From: a virus
Reading direction: 5' to 3' (one strand)
Length of the DNA stretch: 64,000 nucleotides
IMG/VR virus record: IMGVR_UViG_3300021594_000641
Span: 125,676-189,675 of that record
Within the stretch, counting starts at the first letter, position 1; each line of letters opens with the position of its first letter. The notes beneath the pieces were generated by a model. The model saw only the letters and a list, made by a program, of their open reading frames with translations, had not been told where the DNA came from and did no database searches. This document shows, one piece after another, positions 1 through 22,600 of the stretch. Both the position numbers and the translations under genes were made by a program.

Positions 1-292
1 TCCATTTCCGCCTATAGGCTCGCATTTTATCTGGATTTGCTTTTTGCCAATCAGAGTTTTGTTTTAATATTTTTTGTTTGTTTTTAATATAGTTAGCTCT
101 ACCCCTTTCTTTATTTTTAAGCCTGCATTCTTCTAAATTTTCTTGATAATAGCGTTTAGCGTTTAAACGCCAAACCTCTTTAAGTTTTTCCGCGTGTTTC
201 TCTCTGTACTTTTTACTGTATTCTTTAAATTTTTCCTTATTAGCTTCTCTGTATTTTCTATTGTACTCTCTTTGTTTTTCTTTATCAGTCAT
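1..292 (-). CDS. Partial ORF running off the left edge; Lys/Glu/Arg-rich helical protein, possibly the N-terminus of an HNH-type endonuclease
   Basis: Not in the ORF track. ATG at 292 overlaps the stop of 285..1157 and reads MTDKEKQREYNRKYREANKEKFKEYSKKYREKHAEKLKEVWRLNAKRYYQENLEE...DKMRAYRRKW with no stop to base 1. Such KEYREANKEK repeats often precede HNH domains (inference). Confidence 0.7.
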   Translation of the reverse strand, partial: MTDKEKQREYNRKYREANKEKFKEYSKKYREKHAEKLKEVWRLNAKRYYQENLEECRLKNKERGRANYIKNKQKILKQNSDWQKANPDKMRAYRRKW

Positions 293-1157
293 GTACTTTG
301 TGCCTCTTTCCAGAATCATCATCAAAATCAATGCTTGGAAATATAAGTTTAATTCCGTTCAAAACTTCTTCGCACTGATCAGCTGGTAACTTTCTTTTAA
401 AATAATCACAACATTGTTTAATGCTCCAGCCCATCTCGTAAGAAGCTACGAGGTAATTATGAAACTTATCATTAAGGGTTAAAGCATAGGTGATTGGTTT
501 TGACCTGTAAAACCTATGAACCCAGCCTAGGTCTAAATGAACGTAACACTTACCTCCATTATTCCTCACTTTTTGATGTAAGTAAAGCTCTTCTGCGCTA
601 AAACCTTTAAAGTGCTTGCTAAAGTATGGATAGTGTTCACGCTTCATAAGCGTGTAAGCAGAGCCATGTCCTTCAATCTCTTTGATCTTTATCTTTGGCA
701 GTTCTGGGTCTGTGTGCCATACGCCAAAGAAGTCTCCGCGCCATTCTGGTAGCAGCTCAGACGCGATCATGTGACCACGCTCGTTCAGCAACGGACCTGT
801 CCAAAGGTCTTTGCCTATTAGGTCGCTGTCGATAGCGTCGATGATGTATTGCACAGAACATGGAGCTAGCAGAACATGACTGTCTACTAGAAGAACATAG
901 TCGCCTTTGGCGTGTTCCCACACAGAATCTTTGGCGTGTGCTGGACCTTTGTTCTTGGAGTGGTGAACGTACCTGGCTCCAGAGTTGTTGCACACGTTTT
1001 CTAGGTCTTGCTGCTTCTCAGGCATGTCGTCTATGACAAGAAGCTCTACGTCTGTTCTTTCTGCTTTGACGTGGTACTGGCGTATGGAAGTGAGGGTCCA
1101 GAACGCGCCTTCTGGGTCATCCCAGTTAGCCATGCCGATAGTGAGCTTGGGGGACAT
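285..1157 (-). CDS. GT-A fold (family 2-like) glycosyltransferase
   Basis: LTIGMANW start strand, LLVIDD, GPAHAK, DYVLLVDSH (DxD-like). Confidence 0.85.
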   Translation of the reverse strand: MSPKLTIGMANWDDPEGAFWTLTSIRQYHVKAERTDVELLVIDDMPEKQQDLENVCNNSGARYVHHSKNKGPAHAKDSVWEHAKGDYVLLVDSHVLLAPCSVQYIIDAIDSDLIGKDLWTGPLLNERGHMIASELLPEWRGDFFGVWHTDPELPKIKIKEIEGHGSAYTLMKREHYPYFSKHFKGFSAEELYLHQKVRNNGGKCYVHLDLGWVHRFYRSKPITYALTLNDKFHNYLVASYEMGWSIKQCCDYFKRKLPADQCEEVLNGIKLIFPSIDFDDDSGKRHKVHD

Positions 1158-1167
1158 GACAGCCTTT

Positions 1168-2121
1168 CTATGTCAGACCGTACCGACCTTTGAGACGATT
1201 ATACAGATTGGATATGCCTGTGGAAGAGAGGGCTTTGTCGTAAACCCTTACCATATAGAATGTGGCGTTTAAAGGCTCTGCTCCGCTACCGACGTCAGCG
1301 GCCAGTCTCCAGTTCTGACCAGTTGATATGGTAGCAGTGTTGGTAGAACTAGCATTCAATGTTCCGTTTTTATAGAGCTTTGTGTTGTTTGAAGCGTCTC
1401 TAGTAGCCGCAATTATAAACGTTGAAGCAGTTAAGTTAGTAGACCAGTTAGGCGTGTACGAGTTTAAATACAGCCCTCCAATATTGTTTAGTTGAAGAGT
1501 ATTGCTAGTATAGCCGACACCGTAGTTGCCTATGATGTTGCCACCAGTGGTATTATTTAAAGTTATAGCTACAACTATAGTAAACTGCCCAGTCACTAAA
1601 GAATTATTTGCAATTTCAGCGTAGCTGCTGCTACTACCACTAAAGCTTATTCCTCCGTAGTTAGTGGTAACAAAAGTTCCGTTGTAAATAGTAGCGTTAT
1701 TACCGCTTTCACTCAGATCAAACCAGGTTGAGCCTGTGCCTGGGTAGCTCTTGTAGTTCAAAGCGTCTAGGTGCAGCTTCAAGCCGTACTCGTTCTCTAT
1801 GTCTGTGTTAGCCAACGTAACAGCCGCGACGTAGCTTCCATCTAGGGCTGACTGAACTCCATTGGCCGCGAGAATAATCTCAACGCTGTCGTTTGCTTCT
1901 ATCGTTACGCCTGAGATGTCCAAAACAATAGTTTGATCAGAAGCGTCTGAATCTGCTGTGTTGAGCGTTATGCCAGCTGTTATCGGCCCAGCTGTTGTAG
2001 TGGTCGTCGTAGTTGTTGTGGTTGTTGTCGTTGTGGTCGTTGTTGTAGTAGTCGTACTGGTAGAGCTTGACGAGCTAGATGTTGTGCTAGTGTCTGGAGG
2101 CGGCGATGTCATGATAGCCAT
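1168..2121 (-). CDS. Virion protein: Ser/Thr tract, partial Ig-like domain, C-terminal LamG/ConA-like domain
   Basis: 21 consecutive Thr codons (1993..2055); GLKLHLDALNYKSYPGTGSTWFDLS...VRVYDKALS lectin-like pattern; AAGGAG RBS. Confidence 0.8.
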   Translation of the reverse strand: MAIMTSPPPDTSTTSSSSSSTSTTTTTTTTTTTTTTTTTTTTTAGPITAGITLNTADSDASDQTIVLDISGVTIEANDSVEIILAANGVQSALDGSYVAAVTLANTDIENEYGLKLHLDALNYKSYPGTGSTWFDLSESGNNATIYNGTFVTTNYGGISFSGSSSSYAEIANNSLVTGQFTIVVAITLNNTTGGNIIGNYGVGYTSNTLQLNNIGGLYLNSYTPNWSTNLTASTFIIAATRDASNNTKLYKNGTLNASSTNTATISTGQNWRLAADVGSGAEPLNATFYMVRVYDKALSSTGISNLYNRLKGRYGLT

Positions 2122-2132
2122 TTGTCGGCTCC

Positions 2133-2552
2133 TTAGAACTTTATAGATTTCTTTATTCTAGCCGTAATCTCATTAGCGTCTATCAAAGTGCCTTGGTTGG
2201 CTCCAGGGCACTTTTTTGTGATATTGTTCCAGTTTTCTTGTGAGTTTTCAATAAGTCGCATAAAAGGATAGGAGCGACATTGGTTTGGTTGAGCATCATA
2301 TACTGAACAGGTTGTTCCGTTGGCTAGGAACGGGCACTCACCATTTGTCTTTCTTTGTATCTGCAAGTCTTCAAAATTATTGTTTGTATACTTGATAGCA
2401 ACTTCTTGCTCAGGCATGTTCAAATGCTTAGCCAGCACGCTAAGATCGTCACCTACCAGCCATATCGACCCTTCCCAAGACTTGCAGCAGTCACCGCACT
2501 TGGTGCATTCAAAACGCAGGCCGTCTTTGTACCAAGGCTCTTGAGTTGTCAT
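2133..2552 (-). CDS. YkgJ-family cysteine-cluster (CxxCxxCC) protein
   Basis: WYKDGLRFECTKCGDCC...CPFL...CSVY...QCRSYPF...CPG. Confidence 0.85.
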   Translation of the reverse strand: MTTQEPWYKDGLRFECTKCGDCCKSWEGSIWLVGDDLSVLAKHLNMPEQEVAIKYTNNNFEDLQIQRKTNGECPFLANGTTCSVYDAQPNQCRSYPFMRLIENSQENWNNITKKCPGANQGTLIDANEITARIKKSIKF

Positions 2553-2815
2553 CCTGTGCCTTTCGTTACCTTGACAGTGATGCCTGTGGTAGCTGCCACA
2601 ACAGGCTGATTGAACGACAGGATAACCTGGTTGCCTGCTTGCGCCACTCTTGTTGGAGGTCTTCTAGGTGGTGGCGCGTATGGGTTTGTAACGCTAGCTT
2701 TGATAACGCCTGTAGAGCTAGGGTACAGCGCTGGAGGAGAGCCTGCTCCTCCATTTGTGCAACCACCAACGCCAGAGTTCGGCCTGCGCTTGCATCGTCT
2801 GCTGATTCCAGCCAT
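2549..2815 (-). CDS. 88-aa protein; C-terminus looks like the first half of an Ig-like domain
   Basis: Strong GGAGG RBS; ends GNQVILSFNQPVVAATTGITVKVTKGTG; stop overlaps the YkgJ ATG (ATGA). Confidence 0.7.
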   Translation of the reverse strand: MAGISRRCKRRPNSGVGGCTNGGAGSPPALYPSSTGVIKASVTNPYAPPPRRPPTRVAQAGNQVILSFNQPVVAATTGITVKVTKGTG

Positions 2816-2830
2816 AGAAGTATCCTCCTA

Positions 2831-6727
<3,897 letters not shown>

Positions 6728-6778
6728 TGTTCACTCCAGCTAAAAGCCAGAAATAAAAGCTTAAAGCGCTTAATCTGG

Positions 6779-8152
6779 TCAATAAATGTTCCACTTTGTG
6801 TTAAGGTAGGCCTCTACGCGTTGTTGTTGATTCAACGTTAAAGCTGAATTATAAATGAGCATCTCGTAGAAATCACCTCTGTAAGTCTGCCCACCGCTTC
6901 TATTAAAAAAAGTTGTTGCTGATGAAGACAGGCTAGTGTTGTAGCTTGAGACTATAGTTGAACCATTTAACCTTAAACCCCCTCCTGAAGAAGCATTCAC
7001 ATAAGTAAACAACGTATTTGAATTTAAAACACTAGATGAAACAGTGTATGTGCTGGGGTAGTCTAATTCTATTCTTCCACTACTATCAATCCACATCATT
7101 GGCCTAGAACCAGACGTGTCATAGATGCTGTGATAGCCTGTGCTGTTAGTTTTAAACACAGTAAAAATTGTAACGGGTTCAGGACCTATAGCAAAACTAG
7201 AAGGTTGAATGAAGTCATTGCTGCCGTCGAAGCGCAAAACACTTAAATTGTTTTGTATACCTAACTTAACAAGCGGTCTATTAGCTGATGTTGCTTGACT
7301 GGCATGATTTAAATTACCGCTTTTATCTTTCCACAAAGCGACTGCTGTGCCGTCAGCTGAAGCCAAAGTAGTTCCGGCGGTGTCTGAGAAAAGTGTTCCA
7401 GAATCAGATGCGTCAAGCCATAACTTCATACCAGGAATGTCTGGAAGTGAAATCGGAGACCCTAGATAGCGACTACTGGTTGCACTGTAGTTTTGAGCAA
7501 CTTGAGCCGCTGTCATTGCTGCGTTGTAGAAGCTTACCTCTCCTATTGATCCAGTGAAGTTATAAGAAGCGTCGTAGCGCCAACCTATTTTTATCGATTG
7601 GCCCGTGGCTAGCGAACCAGCAGCAGTATGCGTGCTGTCCAAAACACCGTTTATATACTTAGACACAGTGCCTGAGAGCCTGGATATTACCAAGTGATAC
7701 CAAGTATTTGTGGTAATTTGAGTAACGCTGTTGTTCGCCGTGTTGCCTATCCAGGTGCGAAAGTTGTATGGCGAAGCAGCCAAGTAGTAAATGATGCCGT
7801 TGCCGTTAAGATTATCGTCCAAAGAAACGGGAAGAGAATAGGGCGCGAAGCTAGATACTTTAGCCCAACACTCTAGAGTGAAGTCGCCTGTGCCGACGTT
7901 AAACAAAGACGATGTGCCTGTAGCGGTAGCCCCAGCAGTAGCTCCAGAGTATGTAAGAATACCGCTGTTCATGTAAGAAAAAACTGGACTATTGCCTATG
8001 GTGGCGTTGAGACCGTTACCTGTTAAATCAGTCCAAGTAGTACCACTACCTGGGTAACTCTTGGTGTTACCAGCGTCTAAAGAGACAACCAAACCAGAGT
8101 CTGCAATCTCAGGTCCAGCGTAAGAGCCAAGAGCTTTGAACTCAGCACTCAT
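6779..8152 (-). CDS. Tandem LamG/ConA-like lectin domain virion protein
   Basis: GLVVSLDAGNTKSYPGSGTTWTDL, FTLECW, WYHLVISR; second domain MKLWLDASD...WKDKSGN...VLRFDG. Confidence 0.85.
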   Translation of the reverse strand: MSAEFKALGSYAGPEIADSGLVVSLDAGNTKSYPGSGTTWTDLTGNGLNATIGNSPVFSYMNSGILTYSGATAGATATGTSSLFNVGTGDFTLECWAKVSSFAPYSLPVSLDDNLNGNGIIYYLAASPYNFRTWIGNTANNSVTQITTNTWYHLVISRLSGTVSKYINGVLDSTHTAAGSLATGQSIKIGWRYDASYNFTGSIGEVSFYNAAMTAAQVAQNYSATSSRYLGSPISLPDIPGMKLWLDASDSGTLFSDTAGTTLASADGTAVALWKDKSGNLNHASQATSANRPLVKLGIQNNLSVLRFDGSNDFIQPSSFAIGPEPVTIFTVFKTNSTGYHSIYDTSGSRPMMWIDSSGRIELDYPSTYTVSSSVLNSNTLFTYVNASSGGGLRLNGSTIVSSYNTSLSSSATTFFNRSGGQTYRGDFYEMLIYNSALTLNQQQRVEAYLNTKWNIY

Positions 8153-9534
8153 AGCCCGAACCTCCCGCGCAGAGAGTTGAAGTTTTGCGCTATTTGGATA
8201 GGTGAAAGCGCTGCGTTATAAATTTGAACAGACGCAATGTTACCACCGAAAAAATTGTTTGCAGCGTTATGAAAAACGGCTATTCGGCAATTATAGCCCG
8301 CGCCGTTACCAAACTGTGTTGTCTGATCCCCACTTCGAGATACGCCTGAGCTTCGCTCAACTCCGTTTACGTAGTGACGAGTTATTGTTCCAGTGTCACT
8401 ATTGTTCCTAACAAAACAATAATTACGCCAGGTGCTGTCTTGAAAATCTCCATAAGTACCACTTCTAGACAAAGCAGAATAAGGCGTGCCTCCGCTATTC
8501 CAATAGACCCACATAGTTTGACCTGTGGACCCCAAGTCAGGGTCATTCATATCAAAATGCAAAGCGTAAGAAGACGTTGATCCGTTTCCTAGCGAGAGTA
8601 AGTATTGGTAAGAAGCTGTAGACGTAGCTTTAAACCAAAAATTAAAAGTGCAATTTGTCAGTGTAGTAGTAAAAGGCAACGTGGCGTAATTAGTAGTCCT
8701 ATTGAATACAAAACTACCGCCGTTACCTGTGTCAAACGTAGGGCTGTTTACAAGCGTAGCGTTATTGCCGTTTCCACTTATATCGTTCCAAGCAGTGCCA
8801 CTTCCAGAATAGCTGTTAGGATTACCTGCGTCTAAGCTGACAAGTAAATTGCTGGTAATAGGCGGCGGAGAATAGAAATTATCAATACGACCACGGCTAG
8901 CGTTGTAATTTTGTAACGCCTCTGAGGCGGTCAACGCACGACTATAGACTAAAGTTTGACCTATGTTACCAATCCAGTAGTTGTTATCGAACCTAGTTTG
9001 ACCAATTGCCAAAGTGTTTGCGTGGGTTGTGGCGGTAGTGATGCTGTTCACAGCTACGCCGTTAACGTACACGACTAAAGTGGTTCCGTCGCAGGTTATA
9101 GTTAACTGGTACCAGCTGTTAACAGCAAAAGAATAATTTATTAGCGAATAACCGTTTGAGTTGTACCACACACGCATAGAGTTAGCTGCGGCTGTTGTAG
9201 TACCAACATAACAACCGTTAAAGCTAGAAGTGCTGTAAGTAGAAAACAATCCACGGTTATGGATGTTGTAAGTAGACGTGTTGTTAAACCACATGGATAT
9301 TGACCATGTGTTGCTAGGGGTAAAAGAAGAGCTTAAAGTTTGAGCGCCGCTGTAGGTTAAACTTCGACCAAAGCCGTAATTGACGTAAGGGCTGCCATTC
9401 AAAGTAAAATTATTGCCTGCTCCGCTTAAGTCGGTAATCGTAGACCCAGAGCCCGAGTAGCTTTTGATGTTGCCAGGATCAAGGCAAAGCGCCAAACCAC
9501 TTTGGACAATTGATGGAGAGTGACCTAGTCCCAT
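8149..9534 (-). CDS. Tandem LamG/ConA-like lectin domain virion protein
   Basis: Two copies of the L.L.LD.GN..SY.GSG...DL/ISG.GN pattern; YNAALS...QNFNSLRGRFGL end. Confidence 0.85.
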   Translation of the reverse strand: MGLGHSPSIVQSGLALCLDPGNIKSYSGSGSTITDLSGAGNNFTLNGSPYVNYGFGRSLTYSGAQTLSSSFTPSNTWSISMWFNNTSTYNIHNRGLFSTYSTSSFNGCYVGTTTAAANSMRVWYNSNGYSLINYSFAVNSWYQLTITCDGTTLVVYVNGVAVNSITTATTHANTLAIGQTRFDNNYWIGNIGQTLVYSRALTASEALQNYNASRGRIDNFYSPPPITSNLLVSLDAGNPNSYSGSGTAWNDISGNGNNATLVNSPTFDTGNGGSFVFNRTTNYATLPFTTTLTNCTFNFWFKATSTASYQYLLSLGNGSTSSYALHFDMNDPDLGSTGQTMWVYWNSGGTPYSALSRSGTYGDFQDSTWRNYCFVRNNSDTGTITRHYVNGVERSSGVSRSGDQTTQFGNGAGYNCRIAVFHNAANNFFGGNIASVQIYNAALSPIQIAQNFNSLRGRFGL

Positions 9535-9546
9535 CGCACGCCCTCC

Positions 9547-10156
9547 TTACAGGCCGAATCTGCCGCGAAGGGCGTTGTAGTTTTGTAGGATTTGATCTGA
9601 TGTGAGTATTGTGTTGTAGATCAACAAAAAAGAAATCTGACCGTTAGCTCTTTCGTTATTTTGACCGCCGATATTGAAACCGTTAGGACCGCTTACTCCA
9701 AGAGAATTCTGAACAACAAAAGTATTGTCGTACCACATAGACCATGTGTCGGTAGAAGTGTCGCCAGTACCCGTCCAAATATGCCAACCAGACCCAGACA
9801 AGGTGTACTGGTTGTTTACCCAACCTTCGGCATAGTAGTTTGGTCCGCTTCCGCCGTGATGACCAAGCAGCCAATTGTTGTTTAAGGCAGTCAGCATTCT
9901 GCCGCCAGATATTATTCTGGTTGCAGACATGATCGTGTACTTGCTGGTGGAATAACTGCTAGTGATGGCGCTCGTTGTTCCATTTGTTTCAAACACGCCA
10001 CCGTTGGCACTGCTCCAAGTAGGAGAGTTAACCAAAGTGAAGTTATTACCGTTACCAGTAAGGTCCAGCCAAGACGTACCTGAACCTGGGTAACTTTTTA
10101 CGTTGGCAGCGTCCAGGTAAACCTGTAGCCCACTTGTAACTATGCTGGGGTTATAG

Positions 10157-10167
<11 letters not shown>
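9547..10167 (-). CDS. Single LamG/ConA-like lectin domain virion protein
   Basis: GLQVYLDAANVKSYPGSGTSWLDLTGNGN...QNYNALRGRFGL. Confidence 0.85.
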
Positions 10168-19038
<8,871 letters not shown>

Positions 19039-19057
19039 CTACGCGTCCTCTATGAAA

Positions 19058-19086
19058 ACAACACGGGATTTACCGTCCCGTGTTGT
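19058..19086 (-). terminator. Intrinsic terminator-like hairpin just upstream of the fibre operon
   Basis: ACAACACGGGA-cggtaaa-TCCCGTGTTGT (11-bp stem) followed by TTT on the minus strand. Confidence 0.65.
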
Positions 19087-19109
19087 CTCGGGAACAACGG
19101 CTATTTGAT

Positions 19110-19418
19110 TTACAGAATGCCTTTTTCCTTACCGTAACTTTCTAAAGCATTTTGAACTGCAGCGAGGGCTGTAGCAAAGTCTTCTCTAGAAGATACTTCC
19201 GCCCAAAGGTCTGGAATAAATATATTCTTACGGCCTTCTGGGTACAGGTCCCACGATCCGTCTTCTTTTCTGAAGCCTGGAACTAGAAAAGCTTCAGCGG
19301 CCATAGGACGAGTTATCCCGTCGCCTTCAAAAACAAGGCGTTCAGTGACCCACTTGTCGTACACTTTGGCTTCTGTAGCGGGTATTTCAATAGGGTTAGT
19401 TGCTTCTATATCTGCCAT
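19110..19418 (-). CDS. Hypothetical protein, possibly fibre-associated
   Basis: AGGAG RBS, 102 aa, adjacent to the fibre genes. Confidence 0.7.
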   Translation of the reverse strand: MADIEATNPIEIPATEAKVYDKWVTERLVFEGDGITRPMAAEAFLVPGFRKEDGSWDLYPEGRKNIFIPDLWAEVSSREDFATALAAVQNALESYGKEKGIL

Positions 19419-19443
19419 GGCTTTCTCCTTATAAAAAGCTTAA

Positions 19444-19611
19444 TCAAGTGTAACCCAAAGGTTGGTCTGTAGGTAGAGCAACCACAGACTCTAGTTCAAA
19501 AGAGTTTACGGTCATAGGATGAACCCAGGCCACAAAAGTCTGAATCATCTCTTCAGGAAAATTTACTACTTCTTCAACCTTTGAAACATCGCAGCTATAA
19601 TCTGATAACAT
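19444..19611 (-). CDS. 55-aa hypothetical protein missed by the ORF track
   Basis: AAAGGA RBS then MLSDYSCDVSKVEEVVNFPEEMIQTFVAWVHPMTVNSFELESVVALPTDQPLGYT; fills the gap between genes. Confidence 0.65.
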   Translation of the reverse strand: MLSDYSCDVSKVEEVVNFPEEMIQTFVAWVHPMTVNSFELESVVALPTDQPLGYT

Positions 19612-19627
19612 AACTCATTCCTTTCTG

Positions 19628-22600
19628 TTAATGAGTGATATTCAAAAGCTCTAATCCCTTGGCAATAGACTTAGTTGTAGAGTCAGCTTTTGGGCTTGCT
19701 GCCGCTGCTCTAATCTTTTCAACTGCGTCTTTAACTGAGTTTGCCTTGTGCATACTAGAAGCAAAAGGAACATACCAATAGTTTTTAGCTTCTTCATCTA
19801 CTCTAGCGTTGTACGTATCTACTATACTGCTTCTTATTTTTTGAACCAGATCGGCTTTAACTGTCTGAGGCATGACAGAAACTATTCTTTCAATCATCTC
19901 AGGAGTTTTATTTTCAAAAGTGTATTTGCCGCTCTTATCTTTAAAGCCCAAACCAGCTAAGTCGTTAAACTCGTCAAAAGTTTTTGCCTTAGCCAGGACT
20001 GGAGCATTACCAAGGTTATTTATCATTTTATTGTCTTCGGCTACTCGGCTATCAAATTTAGCCATAGCCGTTGAAGCCGTCGGGTATTTGTTATTTAGAG
20101 CAGTTAGCAAAGTTCCTCTGTTCTGAGGGTCTAACGTACCTAGCAGAGTAGCTGCTTCAGCGGCGGTTGCTCCTCCAGTCATTACTTTGTCGTATAGAGG
20201 TGAGTGCTTAACCTGGTCTATACTGTACTTTCCGTAATGATTGTCTTTACGCAGTTGGTTAAGGACCCTTTCAGTTGGATTGTCTTCTTCAACGCTACCT
20301 GTCAAAAAGCTCATGAATCCTTTTGGAGTTATCAAGTCTGAAGGAGACTGACCTGAGCTAAAGTAGTTATAGCCAGCCAGGCCCAGCGCGCCCAAGCCGC
20401 CAGCTAGACCTAGGCTAGGCAACCAGTCTCCTCCGTAGCCTGTGACCAAGCTTATAGCGCCTAAAGCGGCTAAGCCCAATCCGCCATACATAAACACTTT
20501 TTCTGTAGTGGACATGTTTGAATAAATGTTCTTAGTCATGTCCTTGGCGTATGGAGAATCTGCTCCAACTATTTTGTCTACTTCGGAAGAAACTTTGGTA
20601 GCTACTTGAGTTTTAACTTCAGGAGTGTTTATAAGGTTAGAGACAGCTCCGACAGCCTTTTGAGAATCTGTAAAAAATTGAGGGTCTATGGGCTGGCCTG
20701 ACTGGAACAGGTTAGTAGCAGCAGCTACACCAGACCAGGTAGTTATGTCTTTGACATAGCCTTCAGCTTGTTTGATCGCTTGTTTTTCTTCCGCAGTTAC
20801 TGTGTCCGGAGCTGTAGACATCTTTTGTCGTATGCCCGCTAGGTTTGCGGCGGAGTCTAGTAAATGTTGTTGTTTAGGAGCTATGTCGACTTTATATGAA
20901 TGGTTAAGGTAGTCAGTAACAAAAGGAAGACCGTTTTTTCTAAAATCTGCATTAGCTTCATCGTACAGTTTTGTTACTCTATCCCTTTCTGACATGTTGC
21001 TTGATTGGTCAGACCTAGACGCAAAATCGGAATATTGCTTATTAGCGTCAGCAAACCTTGAAGCCGAGTCTTTAAAACTTTTGAATCTCTCAGGAGTGCT
21101 TCCATATTGTTGAGATATGTGAGTAGAAAGAACAGCCTGATTACTTGCTATCTCTGACTTCACTTGATTTGCTTCAAGCGTGTTAGGCTGAAGGTATGAA
21201 AGCCTTTCTGACAAATTTTGAATGTTAGTTTCTGTTTGAGCTATTTCAGGCGACACGACTAGAGCGTCAGCCACTCCTACGGAAACTAATGGAGCTATAT
21301 TAGAAATTCCTGGGAATTTTGTTCTCAGACTCTCAGGAGTAACCACTTCATTGCTGGAGAAACCCCTGCTCTGCTCGTCGGCTATTTGAGCGGATGCTCT
21401 TTGCTTTTCTTCTAGAGAAGGAGGAACAACTTCTGGTCCGGACAAGTAATTAGAAACAGGCTGGAAAAATGGAATAGTGCTGGCAGCTATAGTCGTTGCG
21501 CCTTGAATAAGGTTAGGTCCTTGGATTGCTTTTTCAGCAATGAAGGGTTTATTAGCGACGTTCTGTATTGCTCTAGTTAATATGCTAGCAGGGTCTGGAT
21601 GGGTCGTTCCTAAGGGAATAGGCCCTACAAAAGAAGCCCTGTCTGATTCTAGTATTCTTTGCATTTCATCTCGTACTGCGGCTCCCTCGTTTCTTACTAT
21701 GGCACCAGGGTCTTTTAGAACCCCTGTAGAAGCATAAGGATTTTTAGCCCTAACTTGTTTAATAGCGTCAGCTATTTGCTTATACCCTTGTCTCATAAAC
21801 ATAGGTAAAGGGCCGTAGCCGCCAGACAGCTCACCCGCTTGAGCTGCTTGTTCTGGAGAAGCGCCAGCAAGGCCTGCGGCTATTTGAACAGGCGCGTTAA
21901 ACAGAGGAGATAATCTGTAATTGTAATCAAATATACCTTTTGACAAATTTCCGGCTACGGCTCCAGCTGTTTGTATGGGTTTTGGGATGCCCGCTGCAAT
22001 TCTGGCTAAATTTGCTGAGTTAGTAGCGCCTCCTCTTTCTAAAGCCGTTCTAGCTGAGTTAAAAGCTTCAGACCAGGAAGGAACTTGCCTAGCCGAAACT
22101 GCTTGTTGGGCTTTTGAAGCAGAAGGGCCAAACAAACGAGAAAGGAAATTTTCAGTTAAAGTATTAGCGCCTGTAGCCGCCTGTTCTGCAGCCGCTCCCA
22201 GCCTTGGAGCTAAGTACCTATACGTTGCTGGAACAGTCGCCGTAGCAGACCTTATTGCAGGCATAATCGGCCTTAAAAATGGAAAAGCCATAGCAGCAAC
22301 GTTAGGGGCTAAGCGAGCATAGTTGCCTAAATACGAATTATTTTCATTAACCCCTCCAGATAAAACATCAAGAGCCTGTCTGGCTATTTCAAGTTTTTTT
22401 TGGCTATCTCCTGTTCTTAAAAATTTTTCTCTGCCTAAAATATCGTTTTCGTCTATTTGCTTTGATAACTCGTAGATAGATTTAAAATGGTTTCTTGCGG
22501 CTTCTTGCTGCTCAGGTGTTCCGACTTTTCCAGAAGCAAGCTCAAATAAGTGCCCTGCGTTTCTATCGTATTTTAAATTATCTGCGTAAAACTTTTCTAA

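Noticed and set aside
154-175. Palindrome GTTTAGCGTTT/AAACGCCAAAC and the recurring ACGCCAAAC motif (also near 44928 and 60910) as a shared operator
   Set aside because: The first copy lies inside coding sequence (WRLNAKR), spacing to starts is inconsistent, and three short hits are too few.
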